Positions 59,748-64,000 of a stretch of DNA of 64,000 nt are shown one piece after another. Below the pieces are notes generated by a model. It was not told the origin of the DNA. It ran no database searches and saw nothing but the letters and a program-made list of their open reading frames with translations. This DNA is from a bacterium (GTDB lineage Bacteria; Zhuqueibacterota; Zhuqueibacteria; Residuimicrobiales; Krinioviventaceae): NCBI GenBank assembly GCA_963675755.2, contig CAXXMD010000003.1:928001-992000 (forward strand), in the 5' to 3' direction. Made by a program: the position numbers and the translations under genes. Numbering within the stretch: position 1 is the first letter of the stretch; every line of letters starts with the position of its first letter.

Positions 59748-60659
59748 TTATTTTCTCTTTTTGTCAGCAGTACGCATTTGCCATTCTACAACAATAGGGC
59801 TTGCTACAAACAGAGAAGAATACGTACCAATGAGCACACCAATTATTAATGCAAAGGCAAAACTGTGTATTACTTCACCACCCATAATATAGAGTACAAG
59901 TACTACAATCAAAGTAGTTAGTGAAGTAATGATGGTACGGCTCAATGTCTGGTTCAAACTGATATTAACCAGATTATCAAAATTTTCGCGACGCAGAATT
60001 TTCAAATTCTCACGAATTCTGTCAAATACAACAATGGTATCATTCAATGAATAACCCACAATTGTCAAAAACGCCGCAACAACAGCAAGTGATATTTCAA
60101 AATTCAACAGTGAAAAAATTCCTAGTGTGATAAACACATCATGGAAGAGTGCGGCAACCGCGGCAACCGCGTATTTGAATTCGAAACGGAAACTGATATA
60201 AACCAAAATACCTGCCAGTGAAAACAAAATTGCCAAAATGGCTGCTGTACGCAACTCGCTACCAATCTTGGGACCAATTTCCGTCACTGCACGGATATCA
60301 TAGGTGTTATCCGGAAAATCTTTGGTTAATTCGGTTTCCATAACGGTGGCAGCTTCTGCACCTTCTTCAAGCTGTTCCACACGGATAATAAATTCGTTAT
60401 CTTTGGGTAAACCAATCCGCTTAATTTCCGCTCTGCCAAACCCGATATCGCTTAACGATTCACGAAGTTCGCCGGGGGCAACTGTTTTTTCAAATTTCAA
60501 CTGTAATGATGTACCACCTGTAAAGTCGATACCATACTGGGGGCCTTTATGTAAAAACAATGAAAAAAAGCTGATCAGGATCAATACCCCTGAGAAAATA
60601 TAAGCATATTTTCGATTGGGGATAATTTTCAGGTTTTGTAATTCTTTAAAAAATTGCAT
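59748..60659 (-). CDS. secF: Protein translocase subunit SecF
   Basis: GIDFTGG, HDV and GYSLNDTIVVFDRIRE motifs. Confidence 0.97.
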   Translation of the reverse strand: MQFFKELQNLKIIPNRKYAYIFSGVLILISFFSLFLHKGPQYGIDFTGGTSLQLKFEKTVAPGELRESLSDIGFGRAEIKRIGLPKDNEFIIRVEQLEEGAEAATVMETELTKDFPDNTYDIRAVTEIGPKIGSELRTAAILAILFSLAGILVYISFRFEFKYAVAAVAALFHDVFITLGIFSLLNFEISLAVVAAFLTIVGYSLNDTIVVFDRIRENLKILRRENFDNLVNISLNQTLSRTIITSLTTLIVVLVLYIMGGEVIHSFAFALIIGVLIGTYSSLFVASPIVVEWQMRTADKKRK

Positions 60660-60683
60660 TCTGCTTCCATCTCCTCAGAATTA

Positions 60684-62738
60684 TTAAATACTCAACTTTT
60701 TGATAGCATAACGTGACGTAATTAAATCAAAAATCAACCGGGTAACAACAATGGCGGTAAACATACTTGCCAAAATACCGATAGACAACGTCAATGCAAA
60801 TCCCTTAATGGGACCGGTACCAAAACTATACAACGCAACCGCGGTGATCAATGTTGTAATATTGGCATCTAAAATGGTAGAAAATGCACGGTTATAACCA
60901 CTGTCTATGGAAGCCCTGATGGTTTTACCGGTCTTGATTTCTTCTCTAATTCTTTCAAAAATCAATACATTTGCGTCAACCGCCATACCTACTGTCAAGA
61001 TAATTCCGGCGATACCCGGCAGGGTCAACGTAGCATGAAAACTTGCAATTACTGCCATAACAAATACAATGTTTAATAAAAGTGCAAAATCCGCAATGAT
61101 ACCGGATGCACGATAATAAAAAATCATAAAAAGAATTACCAGCAGTATTCCGATTAATGCTGAATTCTGACCTTTTTTAATGGAATCATGTCCCAAAGAA
61201 GGTCCAACTGTATTTTCAGTAATAACATGAATAGGAGCAGGTAAAGCACCGGCACGCAATGTCAATGCTAAATCTTTAGCTTCATCCATATTACCAACTT
61301 CAATTCTTGCACTTCCTGAAGGAATTTTTTCTTTAATTCTGGGAGCTGATGCAACTTTATTATCCAGTACAATTGCCAGGAATTTGCCAACATTCATACC
61401 GGTAACACGTGCAAAAGTTTTGGTACCTTCATTGTTCAGTTCCATATGAACTTCGGCCTCACCAGCGTTAAAACTGTTTTGACCGCCGCCGCCTACTTGA
61501 ACCTGGGCATCGGTAAGTGTAGAACCCAACAATTCTGCTTCTTTTTTAATAAGATGCAATTCCGAATATACCTGTTCATTCAGCACTGTATTTTCCATAC
61601 CCCACAAAAATTCAGCATCCGCAGGTACTACATCCTGAACTTCGGGCATTTGCAAAATACGTTGTACTGCACGTTCGTTCTGAACAGGAACGAAAATTTC
61701 ACTACGGTTTGGCAAACGACGCATTAAAGAAGAGAACGGTTTGTCTGCAAATGTTTTTTCATCAACAACAATGTCACCATTTTCATCTTTGCTTTCAGTT
61801 GCTACTTCTTCATCGTCTCCAAACAATTCATTAATAGACATATTTTTATCTTCTGCGGTTTCACCAACTTCAGATGAATCCACTTTAGACTGGTCCAGTT
61901 CACTCACATCAAATTCTTCACCAAGACGTAACTTTCTAACAACACGATCAATATCATTAATAGTAGAAACGACAATGTCGGTATCTTTAACAAGCTTGAA
62001 TTCAAGCAACGCTGTTTTACCAATAACTTCTTTTGCGCGTTGAATGTTCTGAATACCCGCAAGTTCGATAACAATCCGGCGAGTTCCTTCTTTTTGAATA
62101 GAAGGCTCAGAAACACCAAACTGGTCAATACGGTTACGAATATTTTCCAAAGTACGATCAATTGAATCTTCGGCTTCTCTTTTCAGATCCTCAACGATTT
62201 CATCATCGCTTTGCCCTTTACGGCCATAATAACGATTCAATTGGATATTGCGGCTTTTAAAGTTTCCCGTTAATACATCGAAAAACTCTTTATTTTCCTC
62301 TTCAACTTGTTGCTGGGTTGCAACAACCACATCTTCAAGGCGATCATCTTTGATCTTGGCTTTTTCTCTCATTAATTGAGGCAAGTCTACTTCATACACC
62401 AGATAGGTACCACCCTGAAGGTCAAGTCCCTGTCTTATTGCATTGCCTTCAACTTTGACAATCTTGGTATTTAATTTAATCAACTCATTGGCAACTTCCA
62501 AAGTTTGATCAAGCGTATCACCGCTTACAGCATCGCGCACCAGGGTTTCAAGATCTCCCTGAGTAACGCCGGATTCAATTTCGGCAACTTCAAGGCCGGT
62601 TAAATCATTAATTTGTCCAACCAGCGCGGCCTCTTTATCCTGAAGATCACCCAGTTGAAATGTTGGATATAGTGATAATATCGATAGTACAATAAATGTC
62701 ACTATGAGTATCAGTCGAAACAGATGGCCTCTTTGCAT
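60684..62738 (-). CDS. secD: Protein translocase subunit SecD
   Basis: GLDLQGG, R.D..GVSEP, LRAGALPAP, GPSLG and GMAVDANVLIFERIREE motifs. Confidence 0.97.
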   Translation of the reverse strand: MQRGHLFRLILIVTFIVLSILSLYPTFQLGDLQDKEAALVGQINDLTGLEVAEIESGVTQGDLETLVRDAVSGDTLDQTLEVANELIKLNTKIVKVEGNAIRQGLDLQGGTYLVYEVDLPQLMREKAKIKDDRLEDVVVATQQQVEEENKEFFDVLTGNFKSRNIQLNRYYGRKGQSDDEIVEDLKREAEDSIDRTLENIRNRIDQFGVSEPSIQKEGTRRIVIELAGIQNIQRAKEVIGKTALLEFKLVKDTDIVVSTINDIDRVVRKLRLGEEFDVSELDQSKVDSSEVGETAEDKNMSINELFGDDEEVATESKDENGDIVVDEKTFADKPFSSLMRRLPNRSEIFVPVQNERAVQRILQMPEVQDVVPADAEFLWGMENTVLNEQVYSELHLIKKEAELLGSTLTDAQVQVGGGGQNSFNAGEAEVHMELNNEGTKTFARVTGMNVGKFLAIVLDNKVASAPRIKEKIPSGSARIEVGNMDEAKDLALTLRAGALPAPIHVITENTVGPSLGHDSIKKGQNSALIGILLVILFMIFYYRASGIIADFALLLNIVFVMAVIASFHATLTLPGIAGIILTVGMAVDANVLIFERIREEIKTGKTIRASIDSGYNRAFSTILDANITTLITAVALYSFGTGPIKGFALTLSIGILASMFTAIVVTRLIFDLITSRYAIKKLSI

Positions 62739-62927
62739 AGATGTAGAACCTCCAAACGATTAATAACAAAAAACGAAAAGACAGACAATATACAAATTTT
62801 TACACATAAAAGTCAAACAAAAATCAACTCTTATCAGTCAATCAAAAATACAATTAGAAATTTATGAAATATGAAACAAAAATCCAAATTTTTCGTAACC
62901 TATAGTGAAATAAACCGGAGTTTTTTT

Positions 62928-63563
62928 ATGAAAAAACTGCTTTCTACAGCAATATTTATCATTCTTTCTGTTCAATTATATGCCATGAATATATCGGTAA
63001 ACAAGTCTATCTATATCGATGATGGCGACAATAGCGGCAGCTGTTCTACTGTAAATGGCAGCATTCACGTTGGTAATGATTGCAAAGTATCCGGCACATG
63101 CCGGTCAGTTAACGGATCCATACGCATCGGGAAAAATGGCCAAATCCGCAGTCTGCAATCCGTTAATGGATCAATAAAAATTGCCGAAGATACGCATGTA
63201 CGCGGCAGCATATCTTCTGTAAACGGATCCATAAACTGTAAATTTGGAACTAAAATTGAAGACAATATTGAAACAGTTAACGGATCCATAACTCTTTATG
63301 GAACAACTGTAAATGAAAATATTACTACTTATAACGGCAATATATCATTGCGAAAAGGCTCAACTGTAAAAAACGATATTATTGTCAAAGACAACAAGAG
63401 CGATACAAACCGTGAAAAGCCCCTTTATATCATTATCGGTAAAAATTGTCGCGTCAAAGGCGACATCATCAACAAGGAAAAAGATATAGAGGTTGTAGTT
63501 AAAATTGCCAAACATGCAAAAGTAGAGGGTGAAATGAAAAACGTTATCATAGAGAGCAATTAA
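62928..63563 (+). CDS. Exported beta-strand-repeat protein (DUF4097-like)
   Basis: Signal peptide from ATG 62928; six ~17-aa repeats [ST][VY]NG[SN]I. Confidence 0.75.
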   Translation: MKKLLSTAIFIILSVQLYAMNISVNKSIYIDDGDNSGSCSTVNGSIHVGNDCKVSGTCRSVNGSIRIGKNGQIRSLQSVNGSIKIAEDTHVRGSISSVNGSINCKFGTKIEDNIETVNGSITLYGTTVNENITTYNGNISLRKGSTVKNDIIVKDNKSDTNREKPLYIIIGKNCRVKGDIINKEKDIEVVVKIAKHAKVEGEMKNVIIESN

Positions 63564-64000
63564 CCACCCAATACCTCAACCAGAATTTTTTCCAACATTT
63601 CTGCTTCTTTATCTGTAACCGTGCGCATATCCAGATACAATGCATCATTTTTAACATATCCCATAACGGGTTGTTCATAGGTTCTAAAAATTTTGCCAAG
63701 TTTTTCAATGGACTGCTTTTGAGACGTAATTTCAAGCGCAGCACTTTTGATTTTTTCAAGAGGTAAAGCACCGCTGCCAGCCTGGGCAAAGCTTTCTTTC
63801 AACTCGACTTTATAATCTGTAATCTCGCTTTTCTTTAAAGCATTATATATTTTTTCTGCCCGTTTATAAACATTTTCAGATGACTCTGTAAACATGCTCA
63901 ACACCCGGTGACCATCGGATATTGGATCTTTATGAAAAAACAGTTCCAATGTTGCTTCCAGTGCAGCATAGATAAGCTTATCACACCGTACTGCCCGCAT
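63560..64000 (-). CDS. selA: L-seryl-tRNA(Sec) selenium transferase, 3' part (gene runs off the window)
   Basis: RA.R.DK (PLP lysine), AALEATL, GSGALP and LD.RT motifs. Confidence 0.9.
   Translation of the reverse strand: MRAVRCDKLIYAALEATLELFFHKDPISDGHRVLSMFTESSENVYKRAEKIYNALKKSEITDYKVELKESFAQAGSGALPLEKIKSAALEITSQKQSIEKLGKIFRTYEQPVMGYVKNDALYLDMRTVTDKEAEMLEKILVEVLGG

Noticed and set aside
63040-63345. DNA repeats GTTAACGGATCCATA as a possible non-coding array
   Set aside because: Explained by the coding [ST]VNGSI beta-repeats of the protein.

Overview
Bacterial chromosomal window, probably from an FCB-affiliated lineage such as KSB1 or Calditrichota. This is an inference from the many secreted proteins ending in a YPNP[FY] FlgD-Ig/Por-type C-terminal domain. 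In order it contains: a GYF_2-MinD/FlhG fusion; a six-gene operon with two lipoprotein + TonB-dependent receptor pairs enclosing two paralogous secreted proteins; two tandem VIT + TonB_C fusion genes; a molybdoenzyme cluster (xdhC, mocA-like, DUF4395, motif-degenerate moeA, Tat-exported PaoABC-type oxidoreductase, and a 67-aa 4-Cys protein); an AT-rich accessory zone at 23.4-27.2 kb; secreted S8 and M4 proteases, the latter preceded by an emfourin-like lipoprotein; carbohydrate-active genes (SGNH, sulfatase, DUF1593, GH95, BNR_4); a two-component pair; and housekeeping genes (purA, STAS, secDF, 3' part of selA). The most striking unexplained structure is 25242-27182. There, a 52-bp direct repeat brackets three copies of a ~210-bp non-coding element headed by a 31-bp palindrome, alternating with AT-rich orphan ORFs. 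It looks like a cassette array but has no attC sites or integrase. Several modular REP-like repeat families are also dispersed through the window. No rRNA, tRNA, CRISPR array or transposase was recognised. All family calls are by eye from motifs; no database searches were run.
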